Shown: positions 47,056-60,361, counted from the first letter of the whole stretch. The stretch: DNA of 63,697 nucleotides, filler included, from Hyphochytrium catenoides (GCA_900088475.1; 8 parts of 8 records of this genome joined end to end with filler, not necessarily neighbours in it), one strand, 5' to 3'. The notes: generated by a model from the sequence alone, not told the origin. Translations and numbers: made by a program.

Positions 47056-49138
47056 CTAAGCTTTTTCGTTCACAGCTACCGGCTCCGGATGTGAGTCTTC
47101 GACAACCATGCTATCCTCTTGTGAGTCAGCGACTTCAGGTTGGGCTTTAGCCCTGTGATACTCCCGGCTGGCGTGGAACCAACTATTAGGATGATTTCCC
47201 ACCTGCCAGCATGAAAGTGAACAAGTTAGGAGGCCAAAGCTAGCAAACAGCGAGACGGACCATCTTACATTCTCCAAGTCTGCCCCAGGATGGCTCGCCT
47301 CAAAGTGCTGCACGCATGCTAGCTGATAGTCTTTCCTATCTACACTCGCCATGATGTTGTCCACTTGCCCTGCCGTTAATCGAAGCTTTTGCAGGTGCGA
47401 AGCGAGCTGATCTCTGCCAAAATGCCTGAAGGGACATCCTATATATAGACGGGCAGAGTTAGTGGCGGCTGGAGAATCGTTTATGAAAAGGGTAAAGAGG
47501 CAGCCAGTCTCACCGTGAACGCTCTCCTTGGTAGGGACCGGACCCATAATGATCTTCTGGCAGCTGAAGGGTGTGTAGTCTACACGCTTACCCTCCTTGC
47601 CATAGTTGAAGCGGATATTATAGAGGTACTGCTTGTTGAACTCCTCCAACGTCATAACCTTCGTAAACTCTGACTGCCAGAAGAGGATAGCGTCTTCCAG
47701 AGATAGGCCTGCGCCCTTAAGGAAGAGGCCATACTGCAGGCGACCCTGGTGCTTTAGCTTGTGTTGCTTCCTGAGCGTGTGATGCAGAGTCCTCATGCAG
47801 AGAGGCATCCAGGTGTCGGCTGCCATATCTAGCTGATCTGGCGTCAGTCGGGCAGTATTTGTGACATTGCCATAATCTCGGCCGATGTATTGCTTAGAGA
47901 GATTCATCAGGGTAGGGGCAAGCCGCTCATCACGCTTGATCATCCCAAAGCTCTTATACGCCGTCGCCAGTGCGCGCGAGAGCTGGGTGCGCAAATGTTA
48001 GCAGGGCTCTTAGTAGATAAGAAAAACACCTAGAACGTCTAGACTTACATTCATTCTAAACCTTGCAACAATGATTGATACCAAGTGGCTCACTGGGACA
48101 ATAGCAAACCCCTGCTCTACATAGACACGCCTATGGGCAACCTGTGCCAGGAATCACTTTGTTAGGGCAACGGGCGCCAACAAGAAGAGAAAGTAATGAG
48201 AGAAAGGACGGAGCGTTGATAGTCCCGTACCAGCTCTAGAGCATCTATGAAAGGGATCTTATAATACGAAGTGACAGTTGCCATGTTAGTTCCGAATTGC
48301 CCTGAAGCATCCTTTAGCTTCTGCTTTACGCGATCCGTCTCTCGAAACTTAATGAACCAAGGGAGCAGAAGGAAGTCGATTAGTGTCGTCTGCCACTGTC
48401 AAATGTGTAGAAGTAGCAGGCAAGCAGGGTGAACCGCCCTGATACTTCTGACTTGTGACAAGTGGCATAGACACTAAGCACAAGGGGTCCTACCTCTTCA
48501 TAGTGAAGGTTGTTGATTCGCATGAAGTTCTGCTTTTCTGCATCTGTTAGTCTCTCGAGGCGCAATCTTAGAGGACAAAGGACATAGTGAGACTCCAGAG
48601 GCTGGTTCGATGGGATGCATCTATCTTGACTCACTTGAACAGCGCTGTCTCTTGAGCAAGGAACCACCTTCGTAGCTCTTCGCTGTGGCAGTAACTTAGC
48701 CGCAGAATGAAATGAGAGATCAGATCCTTTCTCTACGGATACGTAGTGTTAGCGATTGCTAGAGCAAGAAATCCCCAAGGCAAGCTTACTCTCTGATGTG
48801 AGACCACTGAGGGCTCCTCTTGGTCGGGAGTGTCCGTAAGTGGTACGTTCTCTCTTAACGATTTGGTTGTCGCAGCCACAAGATCCGCCGCTGAAGAGTT
48901 TCTGTTTCTGTGCCACTCGATCGTCTTTAAGACTGCGCAGAAGTCCGGTTAGAGCATGAAGTGAGTGAATAAGGTAGCCTTGCAAGACAGTTCCACCTTT
49001 CAGTCTGTCAAGAGCAAACTCTTCAAACTCATCAATAGTAATCTCTTCCGTCGGTGGGGCAAGATACATGGAGAGAAGGGCTCCGCGGTCCCATTCTATC
49101 TTTTTAACGGTAAGTCGTTGATTCCCTGTGTTCTGCAT
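47056..49138 (-). CDS. PRI2: DNA primase large subunit, multi-exon
   Basis: [24 protein letters not shown]|VLK; [24 protein letters not shown]; Fe-S domain [39 protein letters not shown] and NHPN. Confidence 0.96.
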
Positions 49139-49442
49139 GGTCTTAGAATAATAATGCAGAGGCTAAGCCAAAGCCCGCCGCCTCCGATACCCGCTGCTTC
49201 CAATGCTGTGAAGTCCTACAGCTCAGGCCCCTGTTGCCTCCCCGTACAGGTCTATCGACTCCAGCTTGGAGATAATAAGCAGCTAGAGGTGTCCTTTCCA
49301 CTGTGCCTTGAGATGCGGAGCACATGGAGAGGGAGAAGAGGTACTAGAAAGGAAGACAGACGAGTCTTCATCTCTTTTCCGTATTAATCTACACTCTGTC
49401 TCTCTCTCTCTCTCTCCCTCTTCCTCACTCTTGGGCCGGCGG

Positions 49443-49454
49443 TTTGGCGCGAAA
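49443..49454. promoter_or_regulatory. Overlapping dual E2F-type site TTTGGCGCGAAA upstream of PRI2
   Basis: Exact reverse complement of TTTCGCGCCAAA, about 305 bp upstream of the primase ATG. Confidence 0.6.
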
Positions 49455-52400
49455 ACTTGAATAAATTTACCGCGCTTCAGAAGCCGCTAACGGTCAGAGA
49501 CATCAGCAGCATAATGATCAATGATCAACCAGCCGCAGCGGCAAATCATCATCGTCCATCGGGCCAGTGCAGCCGCAGTCAGAAGACCGCAGTGACGGTA
49601 CTGTCTGCAAGAGACAACCATCTCCCTTATCGAAGCTTTTCACTCATAAAAGTGTTCCTTTTCCCGCTGCAATAATCCTCATCGGGTTCCGGTAATGAGA
49701 CCGTTTGGCTCGTAGCTGTCTACTATCAGTTAGCATAAGCGGCGGCATCTCATCGTCTTATCTGTCTCACCTTCTTTACCTGCGAAGACAGTCATATTAT
49801 CTTACTGTTTGTGGGATCCATTCCCCCATTGGCATGCGGCCCTGATAAAGAGACCAACGACAGACGAATAGAACTAGAGAACGAGGGAAACTGACCCTTC
49901 CTTATCCACCATCACCTTGCACGATGATTGCACCAGATGCACGATCTTCCCTGAATAGAGCAGAGAAGGAGTAGCGGCGGCAGCACCAACGGAAGAGTTT
50001 CTTGATCAGTAGTGTTTACGTATCCGCTCATGAACATCCGAATCTGACCTCAGATTTGAAAGCTACTGCAGACGTAACGCTAAAGTCAGGACACTGGAGG
50101 AATATGATGCTTGTCAGAACACGCATTAGGTGGATCACGTCCCTGACACTAGTCGGGACAGCTGAGTATGCATCATCCCAGGGGATGACAAGCCGGCGAA
50201 GTTGTATTTTTGTTAGCCCCTGCCATGCACTTGACGGACATTTCGTCATTCTCGGAGGTACGCCGCTTTCCTGAAGAAGCCCGCTACTCTTTCTAACATC
50301 GCGGCGGAAGGGTTATCGGGCTTGACGGACAACCACTTCCGTCATGTCACCCGTGCTGATTGTTCATTTTGAGGAGATACAGAGGATTGTTTAGATTCCC
50401 CGACGACCTCAAGAGGAAGGACGGTCGGGATGTCTGACCGTCGTGAGATGGTTGGGGAGGTTATTGGACGAAGCCGCGTCTGAAGGTGCTCCACCACTGG
50501 CATCCCCTCGAGGTCTGCTGCGCCGAGCGCAAGCTGATACAGCCTTTTCTTATTTCTGGTCAAACGCTGTAAAAAGCGCAAATCCCTCGTCCGTTGAAGG
50601 CATTTTCCTAGCCGGAATAAACATATCTTGCGACGAGAATAGGTCTTATATGCCTCCCCACTCCACCCTCTCTTGATTAAAAGAAAGCTGAGAAGAGTCT
50701 CTCAACAAAGGCTTGAGGCGCGTCACTTGGCCATCAAGTCTCTCAAAAAGATGCCCTTTCGTTCCCACTGTCAGCTTCTGTGACAAGCAAAAGCTGAGAG
50801 GAAGTACCTAGAAGTGAAAGTGAGGTGCTCAAGGTAGAGCTGATAGAAGTCTTGATGCTTCACCGACGCTAAGTGATGCCTTTATTAGGGGAAGGCAACG
50901 ACACAAGGCCCTTTGCGACAAGAAAGCACTAGAACAGAGGAAGGGCATAAGAGAGATAGATAATGCTGATGTGTCCTAAGGTACTAGCTGTCGTCCTCTT
51001 CTTCCTCATCCTCGTACTCCTCATTCAGCCTCAAAAAGTCCGGCAACTCTGCATCAGAGTAGTTTTCGTCTTGAAAGAAGATTCTCCTGATTCTACAATT
51101 GCCCTGCACGCGCACCTGAACCGTGGAGAGATACTCAGTACCAAAGACTTTTTGCACTAAATCTTCCAGCTCTAAGGTCAGATAGTTCCAGTCTGACGTC
51201 AGCTGCATGGGCAAGAAACATCTGCGACAGAAGGAGATCAGGAGATGTGAGAGAAGGCCAAGTGGACAAACAAGAGCTCCCAAAGCTAATAAAGTGCTGC
51301 AAAGTCTGTCTGACTGAGTGCTAGCAGAGCGACATATCTTACATCAGAAGGTGTCAGTTGAGAAGAGAGGAGAACAAGCGGCAGGCTGTAAAGAGGAAAC
51401 CACCACTCGTGAACCGGGAGGGAGAGAGAGAGAGACTTTTATGAAGATTGGATGAGGCATTCAAGTGGTCACCACTTACTGGGCGGGCTGTACTCTGACT
51501 ACTGACGCATTATTTGACACATGGAGCACTCTGTAGGTCTTGGTCTTGTCGAGGATTTCCACCTCAAAGCTGAAGTAGAGATCTAGGTTCCGGATCTGCA
51601 AAGCGTGAATGAGAAGAAGTGGCGATTGATGGCGAAGACCGGTTGTGGGCTCTCTTCCTCATACACACCACTGGCCCTGTTCCTATTATCATCCTGCGTT
51701 CTATCTCTCTCTTTAGATATACATTTTTGTCTATCTATCTATTTATCTATCTATCTAGTCTCTGGATCGGTGTTCTCTCTGAGTCACTCTCTTTTCCTTC
51801 CCTCTCTCTCTCTGTAGCTTTTGGCCGCTGGTTTCTCTTTAGCCCAGCGTGCTAACAATCTGCACTAGCGCCTCGCTGAATGGTCAAACTCAACAGTTAC
51901 CTGCAGTACTAACGTCCGAAGGACGGAACGCGTTGGGAGAAGGACTCTGACATTAGAGCCAAACACTTCTATGACTCTTTCCTGCAATATATCGTCCTTC
52001 AGGATCCGGACCACGTCATCTCCTCCTAGCTCTTCACAATCTAGACGAAGTTCGAAGAAAGACAGCTAGGATGAGCCCTTACATGGACACAGGAGCAGAT
52101 AAGAAAGAGTTAAAGGATATCGGGAGATGGCAAGATAACCTAAGGTTCTCAAACTAAAGCTTGTAAGGCGTCACGATGACCAAGATTACAGGAGTATAGA
52201 GCCCTGAGGAGCAAGCGAATGGCTGACCAGACGTATGTTAAGGCAGCACAAGTCAGTACCCTCAGACATTGTATCTGGCCACCTGTGTCAGACGAGAAGC
52301 TCTTCTACGATGCCTACCTCTAATAGCCTGTTTGATGGCATCATTCTCCTCGAGTGTCTCCTCCGCTGACGCTGGAAGCACAGGCTCGAGAAAGAGCGCT

Positions 52401-55209
52401 CCNNNNNNNNNNNNNNNNNNNNNNNNNNNNNNNNNNNNNNNNNNNNTTAATTAATTAANNNNNNNNNNNNNNNNNNNNNNNNNNNNNNNNNNNNNNNNNN
52501 NNGAAACGTGCTTGCCTTGCACCTTCGCGGTAAGTTATCAACTGGGCTATCCTGAGATGAACAACCGGTGGTGCGCCAGCCAGGCCTGAGTCCAAAGCCG
52601 AGTCAGCGTGGGCTGGATCTCCCATGCTTTGTGCCCTACTTTCCCCTTGAAAGGAACTTCCTTGGCTTTCTTCCTGCCTGTGTGGGAGAGAACAGCTTCG
52701 AGCGTTTGGCCTGGCCTTCCGAAGTACCTTCTGTGGCGGCAGGGACGGTGTTTGGCTCGGCGCTCCGTGACTTGCGCCTTCGTTCTCGCTCACTGTTCGC
52801 CCTCCCTCGCCCCTCTGGTTTGTCTTCCTTGCTCGCGTCTTTGTTTCAACTGACCACTGCCCCTTATCTCCATAGTTATTATTAGGCAAAGAGAGGAGGG
52901 GTTTAGAACAGCTTAGAAAGAGAGGAGTTGAAGGGAAACTCCACCGCCTCGGAAATATTCCCATCCTGAAAGAGAACAAAACTTCATCATTCACTTCAAT
53001 CTTATCCTCTGATTATTCCTACTTCACATAGTTTATTGAAGGAAACATCAAAGAGGAAACATTTCGCGACGAGAGCTGAGGGGTGAGTGGAGCTTGGAAT
53101 TCTGGCCAGGTCCAAGTTCTATCCCAGACGTCTAGATTTACATAGATCTTCCCGAATAATAAATAATCACGGTAGCTGTAGATGGTTCTAAACTGCTCAA
53201 CTTCAAACTAGAGGCAGAAATTTCCGCTGCTTCTCTATTGAAATACAACTCCTATAAAATATATATAAGACGGAAGCCAGCAACTAGCCCACCCAGCCCG
53301 CCGCTGCCTCTCCTCTGCACTGCACAACAGGGAGTATTACTGTACCATAATTAGCACATCAACTTTGATCACTCCTCTCTATCAAACAGCGGAAAGAACT
53401 TCCTTTCCACCCAGCCCCATCGACCTCTAGCGATAGAAAGCCATAGAAAAGGGTCAAACATTGTCTTGTGGTTTGAAGGGATAGGATCAGGGTCACAAAA
53501 AAGATCCCACCGGTAGCTGGATCTTTTTGCCTTGCTACAACTCCATCGGCCCAAGCCACAACGAGAACTCTACTACTAGGCGGGGATACCGCTGCTGCTG
53601 TTGGCGCTGATGGCGAGCTGAGTGCCGCTGTACTGGAAAGGGAAAGGTAGAGTCGTAGGCTATATAATCCGATGGTTGAAGGCGCAGGCGGGCTTGGTGC
53701 TGCGTGGTAGTAGAGGAACTTCATTCAACAAATCAGCAATATCCATAAATCGAAAGCCTTCCTCCACCAGATGATGCCTGCGCTTGTTGCCATTATTAGT
53801 ACTTACCAGAAGAACAGTCCGCCGCTTGGCGTGCTTCCGTCCAGCAAGGCGAGCTCTGTTATCAATATGGGCCTCTAAAAAGAGGTGAACACCGTCTCGG
53901 TATCCTCAATTATTAGAGATTGCGGCCACCATCCAGCGAGAACCCGTGGCTAATTCTTTGCAGATTGGCGCATCGGTGCTAGTAGGCACCTATTGCAAAG
54001 TCGTTGTTGCGGTTTGTAGCTTGCCCTCAGACTAGATTATTATTAGAGAGATCGATAAGTAGCAAGTAAACTTTGAAGATGTTATCATCTGGCTTTATCG
54101 TTTCAGATTCCGTTCTTAGTCGTTGTTGAATTGTTGTGCCTACTCAAGGTTTCTAGACTACTAGACTACTATATTACTCAAACGGTGACTTATTTTCAGG
54201 GTGAGAATGGGCCAACAACTTGAATACTACTAGCATGGTAGCGATTCGATAGAAAAGCGGATGGCGGAGGTATGGGTTACTGTGATGAGTCGATAGGTGC
54301 GGGGAAGTAGCCTGTGGATGTTCTGCAGCTCTTAACTTATAGAACAGTAGAGAAGAACATTATTTTTGTGCAACAACGTCTCCTCCGAGGCAGTAGAGCA
54401 CACCATCAGCTATTGGGTTCACATTTGCGTATGCCCGGCAACCGGCACTGAGCAACGCGACTTGTCGGTCGCCCTTCTTGCAAGACATAGCAACTATTAT
54501 GATGAGGTTATTAATGATGACTCTACTTCGGTGCTGGCGAAGCAACCAGCTAGAAGAAGAACGAGCCCTTCGACGCCATCCTCCTCCCTCCTGCTGTAGG
54601 ACTGAAGGATAAACAAATCAACAACAAGCCACAAGACTGAACCTTGTAGAACTACAGGTACGGCAAGCGAGCCCCAAATCAACAACAAGCCACAGACCTT
54701 GGAGAACCTTGAGAGTCGTCTTGAGAAAGGACTGGATGTAGTCGTTGTTGACGTACGTTAGCGATTGTTCGATGTATCCTCCCAAAAGAATCACTAAAAA
54801 TAGGGATCAACATTGGATAGTCTTAGTTATCAATCGAGAGCTTGAAACACCCCAAATCCCCTCGAAAGACTTCAACTCCCCTTCCTCGCTTCCTCCCTCC
54901 AGCGCCTGGGATCTCCCAGAAAGGGAAGAAGCAGTCACAGCGAAATCCCATCCTCTCCTCGCTTATTGCCCCTCCTTCCAACAGCAGCAATCCCTCTTGA
55001 AAGCCGATAGCTCTATGTTGACAGCTCTATACCTACTTCTTTCCTCTTCTCCTCTCTCTCTCTCCCCTCTCTCCCCCCTCTCTCTCTCCTCTCTCCGTCC
55101 TCTCTCTCTNNNNNNNNNNNNNNNNNNNNNNNNNNNNNNNNNNNNNNNNNNNNTTAATTAATTAANNNNNNNNNNNNNNNNNNNNNNNNNNNNNNNNNNN
55201 NNNNNNNNN

Positions 55210-55671
55210 GAGAATGGCAGCAATGACATGCCCGATGAGGGGAGCACAAACAGCTCACTTCCAAAATCTACTACGAGTTCTTCTGGAGCCACTGGGAAGA
55301 AGCGTCTCCTAAAAGGCAGCGGGCTGGTAGACAACGAATATGCTGAAGGGTTCACCTTATTGCAGGATGGTCAAGGGGATGATCGACCTATGGGCAACAA
55401 GCGTGCAAAGTGCCATCAGGAACAGCAAAAGCATCTTGCCGCAATTAGAAAGGCAGCGGAGACGCTCAGCGGCAACTCTCACAGTAAGGGTCAAGAAATC
55501 AGAAAGCTCGCGGAGAATGTAGCACAAATGAATGAGATTTATGCCAAAGATACTCGCTCTAAACACTTGAGTATCCTCCTTAAGCACCTCAGCAAGCGGA
55601 CAGATGAAGATTCAAAGATGAAGCAAGAGAAGTTGCTGGAGATGCTGTACAACCAAGCTGTCAATAACTAA
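55210..55671 (+). CDS. Harbinger accessory (Myb/SANT-like ORF) C-terminal part, 5'-truncated
   Basis: RPMGNKRAK matches the RPxGxKxAK motif of the NAM-associated region, followed by a coiled coil; convergent with the transposase. Confidence 0.7.
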   Translation, partial: ENGSNDMPDEGSTNSSLPKSTTSSSGATGKKRLLKGSGLVDNEYAEGFTLLQDGQGDDRPMGNKRAKCHQEQQKHLAAIRKAAETLSGNSHSKGQEIRKLAENVAQMNEIYAKDTRSKHLSILLKHLSKRTDEDSKMKQEKLLEMLYNQAVNN

Positions 55672-56012
55672 ATAGTCCCTGGCTATGCCCCTTCCTCCAC
55701 AGAATTCTAGTCTCAGACAATCAAACGCGCAATTTCTCGTTCTAGATAGGCGTTGAGGCTACGCGGAGGACACGCACCACTTAGCTAAAGGTTCTTTCAG
55801 CTCTATAAATATTACGCTTTTGAGAGTGACAGTAAGGACCATGATTCACGCGATAGCCGTAGTGTCTTTAGTCATTTGACCTTTCTAGGAGCTAACTATT
55901 ATTCTCCCAATGCTTTGCTAGATAGGTCCTAATTTCTGCGAATATTTGTTGCCGTTGTGCCTGATTCAAGTCTCTCCCTCTCTCGCTTCCCTCCCTCTCT
56001 TCTTTCTCACCT

Positions 56013-57169
56013 TTACTCTCGCCTGCTTCCACTTCTTCTTAGCCAGAGGTACTCCATAAGCTCATCTCTAAGCTTCAAGTGTTCCTGCACGTTAGTAAGC
56101 GCCCTGAGCCTCTGCGCCATTCCTGCTATAGATGCGCCTTGAAGCGACTGCACGTCAGCTATGAGCTGCTCCCTGGTAGTTGCTGTGGCAGCCACAGTAT
56201 CTCCGCCTCCGGTTCTTACAGATCCAGTCGTCGTAGCATGTTCGCTAGGTGGAGCGGTCATTCTACCTAGGCCCCTTTCTTTGACTCTTTCATCTTCAAT
56301 GATCATGTTGTGCAAGATGATGCAAGTCTTCATGACCAGCCGCAGCTTCTGTACACTCCAGAAACGCCCCGGATTGGAAACGATAGCAAATCTCTGCTGA
56401 AGAACGCCAAATGCTCTCTCAACATCCTTTCTGGCAGCTTCCTGCATCGCAGCAAAGTGGGCTTCCTGCTCTGTGGCTGGTTGCGAGATAGTTTGTACAA
56501 ATATGCACCACCTGGGATATATGCCATCCGCTAAGTAGTAACCATGCTCTCTAATTTCTCCTCCGGGGCTGATCACGTATGGGCAAGTAGGAGCAGTCCC
56601 GGAGAGTATGTCATCCACCAAAGGTGATCTGTCTAGTACGTTGATGTCATTGCAGGCGCCTGGCATGCCAAAGAAGGCATGCCAGATCCAAAGATCATAG
56701 GAGGCTATGGCCTCCAAAACTACGGTCGGTTTACCATTTTTACCCTTGTACTGTCCAGCAAAGGCTTTGGGGCAATTCTTCCAAACCCAGTGCATGCAAT
56801 CCAGTGACCCGATTAGGCCAGGCCACCCACGGTCAGCATTCATCTTTTGCAGGCGAATCAGGTCCTCCTCTGTCGGCGCTCGTAGATACTCTTTCCCATA
56901 CTCTCGAAGAATCGCTCTGCAGAAGCTGAAGAGACTTTTGTTAGCGAGGGTTTCGGAAATGCGGCAGTATTCATCTGCGGAGTCCGCGGATGTTCCCAAG
57001 GCCAGGATCTTGATAGCGGCAGTTATCTTATGGAGCCCGGAAGCTCCTAGCTGTCCTATGGCGTTGGGATGAACCTGAAAAAAGCGGTACTTCTGGACGA
57101 GCCGATTATGAATCCTTTTAAACAAGCGAGAAGACATTCGATAGCGACGTCTAAAGTGATGCTCAGGAT
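56013..57169 (-). CDS. PIF/Harbinger DDE transposase (plant transposon protein type), 5'-truncated
   Basis: FRRRYRMSSRLF, PGLIGSLDCMHWVWKNCP, LWIWHAFFG, NDINVL, YYLADGIYP, RKDVERAFGVLQ and CIILHNMIIEDE; frame open up to the gap. Confidence 0.95.
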
Positions 57170-57269
57170 NNNNNNNNNNNNNNNNNNNNNNNNNNNNNNN
57201 NNNNNNNNNNNNNTTAATTAATTAANNNNNNNNNNNNNNNNNNNNNNNNNNNNNNNNNNNNNNNNNNNN

Positions 57270-57743
57270 AAACACTAACCCATCCACGATGGTGAAGGTC
57301 ATGGACGTTCTGGGCCCCTTGTGGGTCTCTTCTCTATCTTTCTCACCAGCAGTGCTCTCACCAGCTTCAGCACCGAGACCGCTCTCTGCCGATCGACCCA
57401 GGGCGTCATCAGCAGTAGCTAGTCTCTTCATAAGCCTTCCTGAGATGTAGCCATGCAAATATATGACACGACCGATTCGACCATGGACCATTGGCATGGC
57501 AATAGGCCATTCCTTAGGGGTCTCAAGACCATCCAACGAGGCGGGCGCAGTGAATGCGACATGGCAGACAAGGCTGGCGTCAACAATTGAGTTAACGGTC
57601 TCTTCATCGTAGTGGGCGCGATTCTGAAGACGACGTACGTAGTTGATCGCCTTTCGACTTGGCTGGGCTGTGGAAGAGGAGCCGTTCTTTCCAGCCCTCA
57701 GCTCCTGCGCATCACTCGTTGTGATGGAGTCCGTCTGGCTCAT
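57270..57743 (-). CDS. Flavin-nucleotide-binding split-barrel protein (pyridoxamine 5'-phosphate oxidase-like / NimA family), 3'-truncated
   Basis: VRRLQNRAHYDEETVNSIVDASLVCHVAF, PMVHGR..IYLHGYISGRLM and TIVDGLV. Confidence 0.82.
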
Positions 57744-58458
57744 GGTGCCCTGCAGTCGCTGCACAACTTCCGAAAGACGACGTGAGCGGAAGGAGTACCA
57801 CCGAGGAGTGATGCCAAAGAGTCTTGACTCACTCTTCAGCAGGACCGCGCTCTTCAGCAGGACTGCTGGCCGTAGGACGGCATTGGCCTGCGGCTCTGCT
57901 GAGTCATGGGAGAATACGGAGAAAGCGAGCAGTGTTATACAGAGGAGAAGCAGAGATAGAGGTTCATCTGTTTGAGCGCCTGCGCCACGAGATATTTTCT
58001 GATGGCTGCTGGGTGATAGGAGTAGATAATGACTGAGGAAGAAGTCTCCTGGCTGAAGGGACCCGTTCAGTGATGTTGAAGTGAGAGACAGAGGAGATCC
58101 TACAGGAAGAGACAGAGACGGAAGAGAGGGAAGGAGAGGAGGGGATAGACTTCAAGATGAGACAGACAGAGTAAGTGGGAGACAAGCTAGCCAGAGGACG
58201 GACAAGGGAGCAGGAGAGACGAGGGGGAAGATAGGAGAGGCCAAAACTACGAGCAATGAGAGAGGAAAGTGACAGAGTAATGCGAGTGAGAACAGAGAGC
58301 GAGAGAGAAAGAGAGAGAGAGCGAGATAGAGAGAGAGAGAGAAAGAGAGAGAGAGAAANNNNNNNNNNNNNNNNNNNNNNNNNNNNNNNNNNNNNNNNNN
58401 NNTTAATTAATTAANNNNNNNNNNNNNNNNNNNNNNNNNNNNNNNNNNNNNNNNNNNN

Positions 58459-59282
58459 CCCGAGCCACTTGGCTTGTAAACGTCTTGCTCTTCTGATTCT
58501 TCTGCTCAGAAAAAGGAAGAGAAGGCAGGAGTTAAAGCAAAAGACAAGAGAAAGTAAAATGCGAGGGGAACGACCAAAAGAGAGAGAGAGAGAAAATAGA
58601 GAGAGAGAGACCAGCAAAAAGAGAATAGGAAGAGAGGCGATGCTAGAGGGAAAAGGCGAGAGACATGAGAAAAAGCAGTAGTACAGGAGAAGAAGATGCA
58701 AAAAACAAAGAGGATAAGGGGTTGAGCAGAAGAGAGTCAGAGCGCTGGCTTGAAGGAGAGAGGACGAGAAAGAGAGGGAGAGAGATTGACTCCAAGTCTT
58801 GAACAAGGGGAGAGGATACGCCAAGGATTATTCAGCAAAGGAGAGGAAAAGCATGTGATAGAAGAGAGAGAGGCAGAAAGAAGGGCCACGGACAAGATAG
58901 CAATTGAAGGGTAACAAGAAAAAAGAGAAAGAGAGAGAGAGAGAGAGCATGTGGGAGAGAGAGAGAGAGAGAGAGAGAGAGAACTGTGAACAAGAGTGAT
59001 TACCAGCAGATTGTACGTGACAATCTCATTTCTCGTACAGAAGCAGACACCCAGCTCATTCTAATCCGCCAGGAAAGAGAGAGAAGACGGGGAAAGAGAC
59101 CAGGAAAAGAAAGGAACGGAAAGGAAAGAAGGAAAAGAGTAAGACAGAAGTGCAAAAAGAGACAGACAGGAGATGTGTGAGAGAGGGCGCAGCTTATGGC
59201 TGTTCTGACAATTCGATAATGGCGGAGTGTGCTAGAAAAGGAAACGAGATAAAATAGAGGCTCTCAAAGTCTGCAAATGAAA

Positions 59283-59315
<33 letters not shown>

Positions 59316-60310
59316 AAGGAAGAGAGGGGGCTGGCTAAGTGCAGCGTTTAAATGGATACGGGCCATCAGGAGAGACTATACTTTACTGGAGAGAGTGCAG
59401 AAATGAGAGAGAAAGTGAGATGAGAGTGAGAGAGGGGACGAAAAAGAGACGAGAGAGAGAGAAAGAGGAGGAGAAAGGGAAAAGACCAAATGACCCGTCC
59501 TTCCTCATTCAAGAAAGAGGTAAGAGGCTCACCTGGTTGGCTGGATTCCACCTGATTCTTTCTATCTCCGAACCCGAGAAACGAACGGTGCGGATCTGTG
59601 AAGGCAGGAGAGAATCGAGAGAAAGAGAGAAAGAGAGAAAGAAAGAGGGAACGAAAGTTAGAGACAAAGAGCGTCAGGGAATGCTAAGATTGAAAGAGGA
59701 AAGAACGTCTGACTATTGGCTTTTATAAGGAGAGGTACCGGGCCGATCGTCGGTGCAGGGTCTTGAAAGGTTCTCCCTGCTTGTTCTTCTCTCTTCTCTT
59801 CTCTCTCTCTTTCCTCTTTGTTCCGCTGTCTGTTGCTTGCGTTTCTCGCCACCTAGAGAGAGAGAAGAGACAGCATGGTGGTAAGGGCTGGACTTTATAG
59901 ACCAACTCCCTCTGACCTCTCCTATTGCTAGCTCGTTCTTCTCTTTTCTTCTATCTCTTATTCTGCCGCACCACATCTCTTTTCGCTCTCTCTCTTCTGT
60001 TCTTCATCACTCTCTCTCTCTCTCGCCTTGATCTTGCCCGCTCCCTCTTATCTCGCTTTGCTTTCTGGTCCCCGCATTCTCGCCGTCCCTCTCCCTCTGC
60101 CTGTAGTTCCTGTCGCATCCTAACCCTCTCTCCGTCTCTCTCTCTCCTCTCTCTCTTTCCTTTCCTCGTCTCTCTCTCTCTCTCTTTCTCTGAGTGTGTC
60201 TCTCCCTCTTTCTTCTTCCATCCTCTCCAATCTCTCTCTCTTCAGCTTCCGCTTTTCTCCTCTTTCTTCTTTCCCACTCTGCGACGCCGCTTTCTTTCTC
60301 TCTCTTCCTT

Positions 60311-60361
<51 letters not shown>

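Larger units (their letters stand above)
55210..57169. mobile_element. PIF/Harbinger DNA transposon interior with two convergent ORFs; both ends lost in gaps
   Basis: Transposase plus accessory ORF fill the whole contig. Confidence 0.88.

Noticed and set aside
54615-54710. Direct repeat aaatcaacaacaagccaca (2 copies, ~61 bp apart)
   Set aside because: Real but only two short copies with no associated structure.
22142-58414. Recurrent palindrome TTAATTAATTAA (7 copies)
   Set aside because: Always centred in exactly 100-nt N blocks; an artificial all-frame stop linker, not biology.
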